Origin: a virus
Taxonomy: Duplodnaviria > Caudoviricetes
Length of the DNA stretch: 37,149 nucleotides
Direction: 5' to 3' (one strand)
IMG/VR virus record: IMGVR_UViG_3300033067_001074
Location: 1-37,149 of that record
Position numbers and translations under genes: made by a program. Positions within the stretch are counted from its first letter, which is position 1; each line of letters starts with the position of its first letter. The notes beneath the pieces are model-generated. The model saw nothing but the letters and a program-made list of their open reading frames with translations. It was not told the DNA's origin and ran no database searches. Below, one piece after another: positions 7,196 to 16,003 of this stretch.

Positions 7196-7409
7196 TATCG
7201 TGAAGTCGCTGGATTTGGCAGTCCGGCGATTTAGCAAGAGGTCAAGCCCCTGCATTTTGGAGGGCGGAAGTGGTGCGGTTGACCGATTTCCTCTTGCTAG
7301 GTCGTCCGTATTGCCTTCGCCAAAGGCCCGCCCTCCAAAGTTCAGGGGCTTTTTCTTTGGCGCTTCCAGCCGCAGAGCGGCGATACAGCGCGTTTCCTTG
7401 AGCCACGTT

Positions 7410-7595
7410 ACATCAGGGCGCAACCCGAGCGGATCGGTACACGGTAGCCGCAAGGCAAGGTGCAACTCCTACAGTCCGTGGGACTGGCTGCATTCCCAAG
7501 TCTGGGGACCGCGAGAGCGGCATGGGAACCCCCGCAAGGGGCTGGATATCCCCCTCTTCTTCAAGTTTACGGCTTGGGGTAGGGGGAGGCTTTTG
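7410..7595 (+). ncRNA. Candidate structured RNA or origin upstream of the replication gene
   Basis: Run of hairpins, several with GNRA loops: GCC-GCAA-GGC, CAGTCC-GTG-GGACTG, CCGC-GAGA-GCGG, CCCC-GCAA-GGGG, and a long stem at 7549-7587. Confidence 0.45.
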
Positions 7596-7623
7596 GCTGG
7601 ATTTCCTACTGCGTGAGGACTTA

Positions 7624-7932
7624 ATGGCCGAGATAGTCGAAATCGAAAAGAAGAAGTCAGCAATAGAGCAAGCTGAAGAAGTAATTGGCTTCCTTAACAG
7701 CAAGACAGAAAAAGCGTATCGCGCCCGCAATCCTAAAGGCAATCCGACGAGTAATAGCGAGTACGTAATAGCTCGATTGAAGGAGGGCTACACGGTGCAG
7801 GAATGCAAACAGGTCATCGCGTCGAAGTGTCGGCAGTGGGTGCATGACGAGAAGATGTATCGCTACCTAACGCCGGAGACGCTGTTCCGTAGAAGCAACT
7901 TTGAACGCTACCTCGGCGAGCTTGGTGACTAA
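7624..7932 (+). CDS. Stand-alone conserved phage C-terminal domain (Phg_2220_C-like) replication protein
   Basis: EVIGFLNSKT...IARLKEGYTVQECKQVI..KCRQW..DEKM.RYLTPETLF..NFERYL. Confidence 0.85.
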   Translation: MAEIVEIEKKKSAIEQAEEVIGFLNSKTEKAYRARNPKGNPTSNSEYVIARLKEGYTVQECKQVIASKCRQWVHDEKMYRYLTPETLFRRSNFERYLGELGD

Positions 7933-8302
7933 CGTGCCGACCTTCTGCCCTGAGTGCGAATCGGTCATCCCGCTTGGCAAGTATCAATGCAAGTGCGGAG
8001 CAAAAATTCCGAAGCCGCAACGATGGATGACGAAGGAAGAAATCGCGGAAAACACGGAGGCCACGAAGAAAGCGGAAGCCTTCTGCAACGCGATGGGGCT
8101 GTGTTCTACAGAGGAAAAAAGAGCCTACATAAAGTCTCTCTTGCCGCAACTGTCGAGACAAAAAACTGTCGAAGAAAAGAGAGCGTGGATGGACAACCCC
8201 AAGAGCGAACTAGCCCGCCAGATGGCCGAGGAATTCAAGCATCGCCGTCATGTGATCGAGCGTGAACCCGGCGCGGACGATGAAGAGAGGATTGCGGCGT
8301 GA
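7925..8302 (+). CDS. Zn-ribbon hypothetical protein ending EREPGADDE
   Basis: CPEC...CKCG; overlap-coupled. Confidence 0.65.
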   Translation: MTNVPTFCPECESVIPLGKYQCKCGAKIPKPQRWMTKEEIAENTEATKKAEAFCNAMGLCSTEEKRAYIKSLLPQLSRQKTVEEKRAWMDNPKSELARQMAEEFKHRRHVIEREPGADDEERIAA

Positions 8303-9072
8303 ACGTCGTTTCTTTCGGTGGTGGCGTGAATTCAACCGCTGTAATCGTTGGGATGTATGAACGCGGGGAGAGGATAGACGCGATTGTTTTTGCCGACACA
8401 GGAGTGGAGAAACCACATACCTACGATTTCATCAACCAACTCTCTGAGTGGTGCGTCAGCAACTCATTGCCATACATAGAAATCGTAAAGGGCAGTCAAC
8501 CACAACAAGTGATAGACGGAACCCTTGAGAACGAGTGCCTACGGCTTGGGGCCTTGCCAAGCAAGGCTATGGGGTTTGGTGCTTGCAGCATGAAATGGAA
8601 GCAAGACCCGTTTAAGAAGTGGGTAAAGAAGAACTGCGCCGAGCGGCCTACGGTGATGTACGGATTTGATGCTGGTGAGTTTGACCGTGTAGAGAGGTCG
8701 CAAAAGTACATCGAGGATTTGTACGACAAACGATATCCGCTAGTTGAGTGGGATTGGCATAGAGAGGAATGCGTCGCCGCGATTCTCAGGCATGGTCTTC
8801 CTGATCCCGGAAAGTCTGCTTGCTTTTTTTGCCCGTCATCCAAAAAGCCGGAAATTATCGAACTCAAACGCAGATACCCAGACCTTCTTAACCGCGCATT
8901 GGAGATTGAGAGAAAAGCATTAGCCGGAGAAGGCCCGGCTCCCGCATTTAGAGGTAAAGGTTTAGGGCGTTCGTTTTCTTGGGGAGAATTCTTGCGGCTT
9001 ACTGAAGCGCAGCAAGATTTGTTCTCTGATGCCGGTACGCCTGAAGTTGACTGCGGATGCTACGACGGATGA
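8299..9072 (+). CDS. PAPS-reductase-like / adenine nucleotide alpha-hydrolase family protein
   Basis: PP-loop-like VSFGGGVNS, FADTGVEKP, KSACFFCP, C-terminal CGCYDG. Confidence 0.8.
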   Translation: MNVVSFGGGVNSTAVIVGMYERGERIDAIVFADTGVEKPHTYDFINQLSEWCVSNSLPYIEIVKGSQPQQVIDGTLENECLRLGALPSKAMGFGACSMKWKQDPFKKWVKKNCAERPTVMYGFDAGEFDRVERSQKYIEDLYDKRYPLVEWDWHREECVAAILRHGLPDPGKSACFFCPSSKKPEIIELKRRYPDLLNRALEIERKALAGEGPAPAFRGKGLGRSFSWGEFLRLTEAQQDLFSDAGTPEVDCGCYDG

Positions 9073-9248
9073 CCGACCAAGAAAAAGCCCGCGAGTGGCT
9101 GAACGCATGGTCGCACGTATCCCCGAGGTCTTTGGCGTGGCACATGACCGCTTGTCTTGAAAGCGACGGGGAGCGCGTTCTTTCCGAGGTTTTCAAGTCG
9201 ATGAAGATCAAGACGCCGGTTGACCTGGTGAGGGCGCATCGTGATTAG
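9069..9248 (+). CDS. Hypothetical protein
   Basis: ATGA overlap; ORF track. Confidence 0.55.
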   Translation: MTDQEKAREWLNAWSHVSPRSLAWHMTACLESDGERVLSEVFKSMKIKTPVDLVRAHRD

Positions 9249-9564
9249 CGAGGACGACGCCGAGCGTGCTGTTTCATACCTCCGAGATTCCGCCGAGAAA
9301 GCCGCTGCTGCCAGAGGCAACGTAGTTTTGCTTGAGGGAATGCTGAAAGTGACGCGGGCGAAGCTGAAAAGCAGAAGCACGGTGAAGACGGATTCCGGTC
9401 GTGAGGACGAGGCGCTTTCCTCTCCCGAGTACGAAGAGATTTTGAGGGGCTATCAGGCTGCGGTTGAAGAGGACGCTGTTTACCGGATGAAGAGGGAGGC
9501 GGCGATTGCGCGGCTGGATTGCTTCAGGACTGAGCAGGCGAACATTAGGGGGATGATCCGGTGA
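9241..9564 (+). CDS. Conserved helical phage protein (UvsY-like recombination mediator fold, tentative)
   Basis: REDEAL.SPEY...RTEQAN.R C-terminal pattern. Confidence 0.55.
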   Translation: MISEDDAERAVSYLRDSAEKAAAARGNVVLLEGMLKVTRAKLKSRSTVKTDSGREDEALSSPEYEEILRGYQAAVEEDAVYRMKREAAIARLDCFRTEQANIRGMIR

Positions 9565-11756
9565 GCTATAGCGAGTTTTTGCAAAGCAAAGCGATTACTG
9601 ATCCTGCTACCGGATTGCCGGTGGTGCCGAAGTTGAACGATCAGCTTTTTGATTTCCAGCGCGATATTGTTTCTTGGGCTTTGCGTCGAGGACGTGCGGC
9701 GATATTCGCTGATTGCGGGATGGGAAAGACCGCGATGCAGTTGGAATGGGCGAAGCATATTCCTGGCCGAGTGCTTATCCTCGCTCCGCTGGCCGTGGCC
9801 GCTCAGACGGTACGCGAGGGTGAGAAGTTCGGCATTGATGTGATTCAGGCTCGTGAAGGAGGCCAGCATCTAGGCAAGATCACGATCACGAATTATGAAA
9901 TGCTGGAACACTTCGACCCGTCGATGTTTACCGGCATCGTGCTAGACGAGTCGAGTATTCTCAAGGCATACGACGGAAAGACGCGAACTCGCATCATCGA
10001 AGCATTCGCGCAGACTCCTTTCCGGTTGGCCTGTACCGCTACGCCTGCACCTAACGACTTCATGGAGCTTGGCAACCATGCCGAATTCCTCGGGGTCATG
10101 TCGCGCACGGAAATGCTCGCCATGTTTTTTGTTCACGATGGCGGGGAAACGCAGCAATGGCGACTGAAGGGGCACGCTGAGTCCGAATTCTGGAAGTGGC
10201 TAGCGTCGTGGGCAGTGTGCATTCGCAAGCCTTCGGATCTCGGGTACGAGGACGGCGATTTTGTCCTGCCGGAAATCGTCATGCACCAGGTGACGGTGAA
10301 GGTAGACGAGCCGACGAGCGGATTCCTTTTCCCGGTCGAAGCGCAGACCTTGCAGGAACGCTTGAAGGCCCGCAGAGACACGATCTCGGAGCGCGTAGCG
10401 GACTGCGCTGCTGTCGCCAATGCCACGGATGAGCCATTCCTGATCTGGTGCAATCTGAACGAGGAAAGCGCGTCCCTTAAGGCTGCCGTTCGTGGTGCGG
10501 TTGAAGTGAAGGGCGCGGACTCTGCCGAGCACAAGGAACGCTCCATGCTCGGATTCTCGGCCGGAGAGATTCGTGCGCTAGTCACGAAGCCGTCGATTGC
10601 CGGTTTCGGGATGAACTGGCAGCACTGTTCCAACATGGCCTTTGTCGGCCTCTCGGATTCATACGAGCAGTTCTATCAGGCCGTGCGCCGTTGCTGGCGC
10701 TTCGGCCAGAAAAAGCCCGTAAACGTCTACGTCATCACCGCCGAGACCGAGGGCGCGGTGGTGGCGAACATCAAGCGAAAGGAAGCCGACGCTATGAGGA
10801 TGGCGGAAAACATGGTCGCGCACATGAAAGACCTGAACTCTGCGGATGTTCGCGGAGTGGTACGTGAAAAGACCGAGTACGAGCGCGATATCCAGACCGG
10901 CGAAGGATGGACGCTGCACCTTGCCGATTGCGTGGATGTGGCGAGCGAGATTCCGTCCGACAGCCTGCACTACACGATCTACTCCCCGCCGTTCGCCAGC
11001 CTCTACACGTACTCGAATAGCGATCGGGACATGGGGAACTGCAAGGACGATCAGGAATTCATGCAGCAATACCGCTTCCTTGTGCGCGAGCTGTACCGCG
11101 CCACGATGCCCGGTCGCCTTGTGTCGTTCCATTGCATGAATCTTCCGACCAGCAAGCAGAACCACGGCTATATCGGCATCCGTGATTTCCGTGGCGACCT
11201 GATCCGGCTGCACGAGGAAGAAGGCTGGATCTTCCATTCCGAGGTTTGCATCTGGAAAGACCCCGTGACGGCGATGCAGCGCACGAAGGCGCTTGGCCTG
11301 CTGTGGAAGCAACTGAAGAAGGATTCTTGCATGAGCCGGCAAGGAATCCCCGATTACCTCGTGACGATGCGTAAGCCTGGAGAAAACCCTGAGCGGGTGG
11401 CGCACTCTAACGAGGATTTCCCCGTCGAGTTGTGGCAGAACTACGCCTCGCCTGTCTGGATGGATATCAATCCTTCGGACACGCTCGCATACCGCGAGGC
11501 CCGCGAGAACGACGACGAGCGCCACATCTGCCCGTTGCAGCTTCAGGTAATCGAGCGCGGCATCAAGTTGTGGAGCAATCCTGGGGACACGGTATTCAGT
11601 CCGTTCGCGGGGATCGGTAGCGAGGGCTACACGGCGATCCGGATGGGCCGGAAGTTCATCGGATCGGAGTTGAAGCGCAGCTATTGGGCGCAGGCCTGCA
11701 AGAACATCTCGCAGGCCAAGCGCGAGCAGTCTGGGCTTTTTGCGGAAGCCGCGTAG
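9561..11756 (+). CDS. SNF2-like helicase fused to a beta-class N4-C/N6-A DNA methyltransferase
   Basis: Helicase motifs DCGMGKT, DESSILK, TATPAPND, QAVRRCWRFGQ; MTase motifs YSPPF (IV), HICPLQ, SPFAGIGSEG (I). Confidence 0.9.
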   Translation: MSYSEFLQSKAITDPATGLPVVPKLNDQLFDFQRDIVSWALRRGRAAIFADCGMGKTAMQLEWAKHIPGRVLILAPLAVAAQTVREGEKFGIDVIQAREGGQHLGKITITNYEMLEHFDPSMFTGIVLDESSILKAYDGKTRTRIIEAFAQTPFRLACTATPAPNDFMELGNHAEFLGVMSRTEMLAMFFVHDGGETQQWRLKGHAESEFWKWLASWAVCIRKPSDLGYEDGDFVLPEIVMHQVTVKVDEPTSGFLFPVEAQTLQERLKARRDTISERVADCAAVANATDEPFLIWCNLNEESASLKAAVRGAVEVKGADSAEHKERSMLGFSAGEIRALVTKPSIAGFGMNWQHCSNMAFVGLSDSYEQFYQAVRRCWRFGQKKPVNVYVITAETEGAVVANIKRKEADAMRMAENMVAHMKDLNSADVRGVVREKTEYERDIQTGEGWTLHLADCVDVASEIPSDSLHYTIYSPPFASLYTYSNSDRDMGNCKDDQEFMQQYRFLVRELYRATMPGRLVSFHCMNLPTSKQNHGYIGIRDFRGDLIRLHEEEGWIFHSEVCIWKDPVTAMQRTKALGLLWKQLKKDSCMSRQGIPDYLVTMRKPGENPERVAHSNEDFPVELWQNYASPVWMDINPSDTLAYREARENDDERHICPLQLQVIERGIKLWSNPGDTVFSPFAGIGSEGYTAIRMGRKFIGSELKRSYWAQACKNISQAKREQSGLFAEAA

Positions 11757-11763
11757 GTATTTT

Positions 11764-11952
11764 ATGAGTTGGCTTTCTGCGCTCGATCATTCTGTCGGTA
11801 GAAAACGCCGAGGCCCGCCGACGAAAGAGGTAAGGGAGAAGCGAGACCGTCACTTTGCGCGTTATCTCTCGATGGGTCTAAGTCAGCGAGACATTGCGAA
11901 GCTGCTAGGAATCAGCAGGACGAGTGTTCAGAAGCGAATGAGGCGTTCGTGA
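11764..11952 (+). CDS. Small HTH DNA-binding protein
   Basis: GLSQRDIAKLLGISRTSVQKR. Confidence 0.7.
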   Translation: MSWLSALDHSVGRKRRGPPTKEVREKRDRHFARYLSMGLSQRDIAKLLGISRTSVQKRMRRS

Positions 11953-12425
11953 ACATTCACCGATCCGCCGAAGAGGTACACAAGGAAGCGAAGAGGCACA
12001 CGCGCAAGCGGAAGAAGTTGCCGACCTTCAAGAGCCTTGAAACGAAACTAGACAGAGTGTTCAGCGAGTACATCAGGAGGCGTGATGCGGACGAAGGCGG
12101 CACGACGGAGTGCGTTACCTGCGGGCGGCTTGCTCATTGGAAGGATCTTCAATGCGGGCATTGGATCAAGCGTCAGCATCGCTCTACTCGTTGGGACGAG
12201 AGGAACTGTGCCCCGCAGGATGGTGGATGCAATCTCTACAAGAGCGGAGCAATGGATGAATTCGCTGGATATCTCTTGCGAAGGTACGGCAAAGAAACCG
12301 TCGAAGAACTCCTCTCGCTCAAGCGGAAAACGGTCAAGCACACGCGGGCGGACCTTGAAGAAATGATTGAACACTTCACGCAAAAAGTTGTCGAAATCAA
12401 CAATGCAAACCCCATCCATCGCTGA
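11949..12425 (+). CDS. ninG: NinG/Rap-family endonuclease
   Basis: LDRVFSEYIRRRD...CVTCG...CGHWI.R...TRWDERNC..Q...CN. Confidence 0.85.
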   Translation: MNIHRSAEEVHKEAKRHTRKRKKLPTFKSLETKLDRVFSEYIRRRDADEGGTTECVTCGRLAHWKDLQCGHWIKRQHRSTRWDERNCAPQDGGCNLYKSGAMDEFAGYLLRRYGKETVEELLSLKRKTVKHTRADLEEMIEHFTQKVVEINNANPIHR

Positions 12426-12831
12426 CCTGCAAGCCCGAGGAATTCCTTTCGTGATTCGGGAACACCGAATCCACACGCCGAAAGACATCGCCTCAGATAA
12501 GGCAAGCGACAAACTCTCGGCGGCAATGAAGCAAGATCCCGCAGAGGTCAAGGCAAAGCACATCAAGTGGAAAAAGCTTTTTGCTGCTGGATGGACGCCC
12601 GACCTGATCGCTCAGAAGTTTGGGGTGTTCCCTTCGACGGTGAGGCGCGTTACCGGAAGCCGGTTTCCTAAAGGCGGCAGACCCACGGAAAGCAAGTTGC
12701 TACTGGCGCAACAAATCAGAATCGGGCGGAAGGTATACGCGAGCAAGAACGAAGCCCGTAGGCAGTTGAAGATTGGTCTTCCGAGGTTGGAAGAAATGCT
12801 GCGGTTGGGGAGGGCGAGATATGTCCGATGA
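12403..12831 (+). CDS. HTH-containing hypothetical protein
   Basis: GWTPDLIAQKFGVFPSTVRR; C-terminal YASKNEARRQLKI (NUMOD1-like). Confidence 0.6.
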   Translation: MQTPSIADLQARGIPFVIREHRIHTPKDIASDKASDKLSAAMKQDPAEVKAKHIKWKKLFAAGWTPDLIAQKFGVFPSTVRRVTGSRFPKGGRPTESKLLLAQQIRIGRKVYASKNEARRQLKIGLPRLEEMLRLGRARYVR

Positions 12832-13039
12832 ACTGGTCGAAGCCGCTTTCCTAGCCGGTGTTCCCCGCTGGACAGACGAACTCGCAAGGCTTAACCGGAA
12901 CAAGAAATATCGGGAAGCAGAACTACTCGCATGGCGTCTTGCTGACGGGTATTTGAAAATCGCGCAACTGCTACAGACAAAAACGGAGGGTAGATGGGCC
13001 GTCCTGAAAAACTCACGAAGGAGCAGCAAAACGCGCTAG
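12821..13039 (+). CDS. Hypothetical protein
   Basis: ORF track; start MSDELVEAAF. Confidence 0.45.
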   Translation: MSDELVEAAFLAGVPRWTDELARLNRNKKYREAELLAWRLADGYLKIAQLLQTKTEGRWAVLKNSRRSSKTR

Positions 13040-13233
13040 TCGGTGATTTGTCACACCGCAAGCCGATCAAAGAAGTCTGCGCCGCTTACGGAGTGAGCGA
13101 ATTCACCGCTCGGCGGTACTGGAAGGCTGCCAAGCTGAACGCCGAGTTCCAAGCCGGTCAGCGGGCCGAGGAAATCAGGACTGCCGAGGAAATCGCTGCG
13201 GAAATGAATCCGACTCTGCCCGAGGCGGCATGA
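12994..13233 (+). CDS. Small HTH protein
   Basis: MGRPEKLT...IKEVCAAYGVSEFTARRY; RBS GGAGG. Confidence 0.7.
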   Translation: MGRPEKLTKEQQNALVGDLSHRKPIKEVCAAYGVSEFTARRYWKAAKLNAEFQAGQRAEEIRTAEEIAAEMNPTLPEAA

Positions 13234-13772
13234 GCGGGGACCGGCTAACCGCTGGCGAGATTTACCAAACGGGGCTTTACCGCTCCCTAGAATCCGACCC
13301 CGAGAAAACCCGCAGCGTCGATTACGTTGCGGGGATGGGTTTTGCTAACGAGTTGGGCCGATGGATTCACAGGCTCAAGGCTCACGACGTTTCGGCATGG
13401 TCTAAGGCTGTAGGGCTGCTCACGAAGCGCCTGGAGGCCCACAACAAGCGCAGGAGGTATTGCCCACCCTCTGCCCTTCCCCGGCTGGCTGCGTTCGTTA
13501 TACGCGCTCATATCGCTTCTAACTGCCCTTCCTGTGGTGGCAGGGGGATTAAGGCGGTTGAGCGAGGAAACGCGGCGGACGAGAGAAAACTAGACGAGGA
13601 ATGTCGCAGGTGCAACGGGATTGGGCGGGTTGCTGCTAGGTGGCAGGATTTCGATTGGGGGCGGACGCAGGAAAGGAAGGCCGAGGAAATCTTTGACTTA
13701 GCGGTCGGGATTGTGGATCGCTGCGACTACTACGCCGAGAGAAAACTAATCGTTCAGGTGCGCGGGAACTAA
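13230..13772 (+). CDS. Late antitermination protein Q-like
   Basis: CPSCGGRG...CRRCNGIG zinc finger; last gene of the nin region; followed by a sigma70 promoter. Confidence 0.65.
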   Translation: MSGDRLTAGEIYQTGLYRSLESDPEKTRSVDYVAGMGFANELGRWIHRLKAHDVSAWSKAVGLLTKRLEAHNKRRRYCPPSALPRLAAFVIRAHIASNCPSCGGRGIKAVERGNAADERKLDEECRRCNGIGRVAARWQDFDWGRTQERKAEEIFDLAVGIVDRCDYYAERKLIVQVRGN

Positions 13773-13781
13773 ACAAAACGC

Positions 13782-13810
13782 TTGCAGTCCAATGATTGAT
13801 GCTGTATAAG
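13782..13810 (+). promoter_or_regulatory. pR'-like late sigma70 promoter
   Basis: TTGCAG-17 bp-TATAAG, 10 bp after the Q-like stop. Confidence 0.65.
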
Positions 13811-13973
13811 CATCCAGTAATCGGTTAGAAGTCCAATTCGGAGGGCGACCCCGGCGTATGCCAAGGGCGGTTCGGGTCGGGCAGATTAGATGCTGCCGCT
13901 CGCCCTGAAAATCCCGCGCCCCCGGACACACCTACCTCCTAGGGCCTGTCCATCCAGTCCGGTGAGGCGCGGG

Positions 13974-14192
13974 CTACTTAACCGGCTTCAGTCCTGTAGC
14001 TTCGAGAAAACGCTGCCAGACGGCGAAGGGCATTTTCCTCTTTCCCTGCTCGTATCGCGGCCAGGATTCCTTAGAAACGCCAGCCTTAGCCGAGGCTTGA
14101 ACCTGAGTCAGCCCTGCCTTGACACGGGTCAGCTTGATGGTCAGGGGTTCGGGGCTGCCCCTGTAGGCTTTGCGGGGGTAGATACCGGCCAT
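13974..14192 (-). CDS. XRE-family HTH regulator
   Basis: RVKAGLTQVQASAKAGVSKESWPRYEQGKRKMP. Confidence 0.75.
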   Translation of the reverse strand: MAGIYPRKAYRGSPEPLTIKLTRVKAGLTQVQASAKAGVSKESWPRYEQGKRKMPFAVWQRFLEATGLKPVK

Positions 14193-14380
14193 TAGGCGGC
14201 TCCAAGGCGAGAGAGAATGGCGCGGGCGTCTGCTTTGTCCTCGTCTGAGGGCATCCCGCGAATGCCGCGAGAGCAAACCCGCAGAGCCTCGATCAGTTCC
14301 GCCCGTTCCCGCTCAAGGCGGGAGATATAGGCGAGTGTGTCGTCGTCCGCGAAGTGAGTTTTCTGGATTTCGGGGTGCAT
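14192..14380 (-). CDS. Hypothetical protein
   Basis: ORF track; TAATG coupling. Confidence 0.6.
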   Translation of the reverse strand: MHPEIQKTHFADDDTLAYISRLERERAELIEALRVCSRGIRGMPSDEDKADARAILSRLGAA

Positions 14381-14670
14381 TACTCGGCCTCCCCGAGTTC
14401 GCGGAGGAGGGCGCGGGCGGATTCGAGTCGCGCACGGATTCCGGGCGGAAGCTGATGCAGATTGGCCTGCGTCAGCCGATCACGCAGCGTTTCGCGCAGC
14501 GCCTCTACCAGCTTCGGATAGGCGTTCGCGGCGTGGACGATGTAGGCGGCGTCCTTGCTGTCTTGTGATTCGCACGCTCTCAGGTCTTGCTCATTAACTA
14601 CGCCGTAATATCCGGGGAGTTTTATGGTTTCCCACGGCAGTGAGGTTGATGGCTTTTGCTTTTTGTTCAT
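14380..14670 (-). CDS. Phage protein (PW...DAAYIVHAANAYPKLVEAL)
   Basis: Recurrent phage early-protein motif. Confidence 0.65.
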   Translation of the reverse strand: MNKKQKPSTSLPWETIKLPGYYGVVNEQDLRACESQDSKDAAYIVHAANAYPKLVEALRETLRDRLTQANLHQLPPGIRARLESARALLRELGEAE

Positions 14671-14680
14671 GGCGATCCCT

Positions 14681-14824
14681 TTAGTAAACGCGCTCGATGA
14701 GGTAAATGGTTTCTCCGACTTGGCGGAGATAGGCAACGCTCGCGCTCCTCGCGCCTTCCGCCCAAACGTGAACCGTGCGGATGCTGGTAACAATCTTAAA
14801 AACGCTTTGTTGGGTGACGGTCAT
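14681..14824 (-). CDS. Small hypothetical protein (47 aa, MTVTQQSVFK...)
   Basis: Manual translation; AGGAG RBS. Confidence 0.55.
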   Translation of the reverse strand: MTVTQQSVFKIVTSIRTVHVWAEGARSASVAYLRQVGETIYLIERVY

Positions 14825-14842
14825 GGTGGAGGCTCCTAGAGG

Positions 14843-15010
14843 TTAGGCGAGAAGGTCGAACATTTCGACGGCGATTTTCTCGGAGTGCTGACGGCTGAAA
14901 CCCTGCGAGACCAGCATCGAGGCGGCATCGCGGATGCAAACTTTCTTGCCGTAGCCAAGGTAGAGAAGCTTGGCGATTTGCTTGGCAGCGAGGCTTTGTT
15001 CGAGGGTCAT
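14843..15010 (-). CDS. Small hypothetical protein (55 aa, MTLEQSLAAKQIAK...)
   Basis: Manual translation; RBS AGGAGA within a repeated leader. Confidence 0.6.
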   Translation of the reverse strand: MTLEQSLAAKQIAKLLYLGYGKKVCIRDAASMLVSQGFSRQHSEKIAVEMFDLLA

Positions 15011-15042
15011 CGGCTATCTCCTAGTAGCGTTGCAGTGACTTC

Positions 15043-15086
15043 ATTCTGCCGAAGGCCGAAAAGAAAGGCCAATTGATTGTTTCTAT
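15043..15086 (-). promoter_or_regulatory. Leftward promoter with an OxyR-type half box
   Basis: ATTG-N7-CTAT at 15072-15086, abutting -35 TGGCCT, 17 bp, -10 CAGAAT. Confidence 0.5.
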
Positions 15087-15103
15087 AGGTTGGCGTGTTT
15101 TGA

Positions 15104-15778
15104 TTATGCGTAGGCGGTCCAGTGGCTCGGCTTGTAGACCTTGGCGCCCGCGATTTCCGCAATCGGCTTGATGCGGTAGGCGTTGGCGTAGCTGGCGAAC
15201 TTGAAGTAGGGCTCGCCGCCGTCGTAGCCTTGGATTTTGACGCGGCGCGATTCTTTCGTCTTTTGCGGATAGTGGCCGTGCTTGGCGTGGTATTCCTTGC
15301 CTGCGTCCGAGTAGTCGGCTTCCGTAGCCCATTGACCGATGGCGGGGGCGCAATCGCCTTGAAGCCAGCCCGTATCTTCTGACTGCTGGCAGATTTCGCG
15401 GACCTCGGCCATTTTCTCGCCGATCAGCGCGACGACTTGGAAATAGTCGATATTCGTTTGATCGTACCCCCAAGAGGCTTTGAACACATCGCCGACTTTC
15501 ACATCATGGCGATATTCGGACCGCTTTTGCTTGCGTTCGGCTTTTGCCTTGGCCGAAGCCTCAAGGCCGGTAAACCATTCCGCGATGTACTGGGCGCGGC
15601 GCTCCTCGGACCTGAAAGAGTAGTGGAAGGCGGGTTTGTTCGCCTTGCCATAGAAACCCATAGCCGAAGGGCTGCCCTTGCTGTTTGTGGTGATGTAGGC
15701 CACGGCGGGAAGCGTCTTGTGCTGAACCTTGGCGGACCCTTTAGGGATGTAGAACTCGCGGGGGAAGGCGTTACGCAT
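15104..15778 (-). CDS. Conserved phage/plasmid hypothetical protein (VGD.F..SWGYDQTNIDYFQV motif)
   Basis: ORF track; strong codon bias; RBS GGAG. Confidence 0.75.
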   Translation of the reverse strand: MRNAFPREFYIPKGSAKVQHKTLPAVAYITTNSKGSPSAMGFYGKANKPAFHYSFRSEERRAQYIAEWFTGLEASAKAKAERKQKRSEYRHDVKVGDVFKASWGYDQTNIDYFQVVALIGEKMAEVREICQQSEDTGWLQGDCAPAIGQWATEADYSDAGKEYHAKHGHYPQKTKESRRVKIQGYDGGEPYFKFASYANAYRIKPIAEIAGAKVYKPSHWTAYA

Positions 15779-15805
15779 GGTTTTCTCCGGTAGGGGTTGG
15801 AAGGG

Positions 15806-16003
15806 TTAGGCGGCTATGAATCCGCGCCCTTCGGCGAATGCGCGAAGGTCGGATAGCAATTCGTCCTTCGATGCGTACTGGTAGCCGATTTGTGCATCCG
15901 TTTCGGTATCAATAAACATCCAGATGCCGGGGCAAATTTTGGCGTATCCGAGGCCGTTAAAACGCGTTTTGTGTACGCGGTCAAACTTCGATTCGCGGAT
16001 CAT
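15806..16003 (-). CDS. Small hypothetical protein (MIRESKFDRVHK...)
   Basis: TAATG coupling; ORF track. Confidence 0.6.
   Translation of the reverse strand: MIRESKFDRVHKTRFNGLGYAKICPGIWMFIDTETDAQIGYQYASKDELLSDLRAFAEGRGFIAA

Noticed and set aside
7173-7616. 147-aa ORF upstream of the replication gene
   Set aside because: Arg/Ser/Pro-rich with no motif, and it overlaps a hairpin-dense region. More likely non-coding.
13811-13975. tRNA gene after the late promoter
   Set aside because: No T-loop (GTTCRA) in cloverleaf context and no acceptor stem or CCA.
14838-15815. GTTAGGC motifs at 14842 and 15805 as further cassette boundaries
   Set aside because: They coincide with GCC-TAA gene ends, and no accompanying L''/L' attC stem was found.
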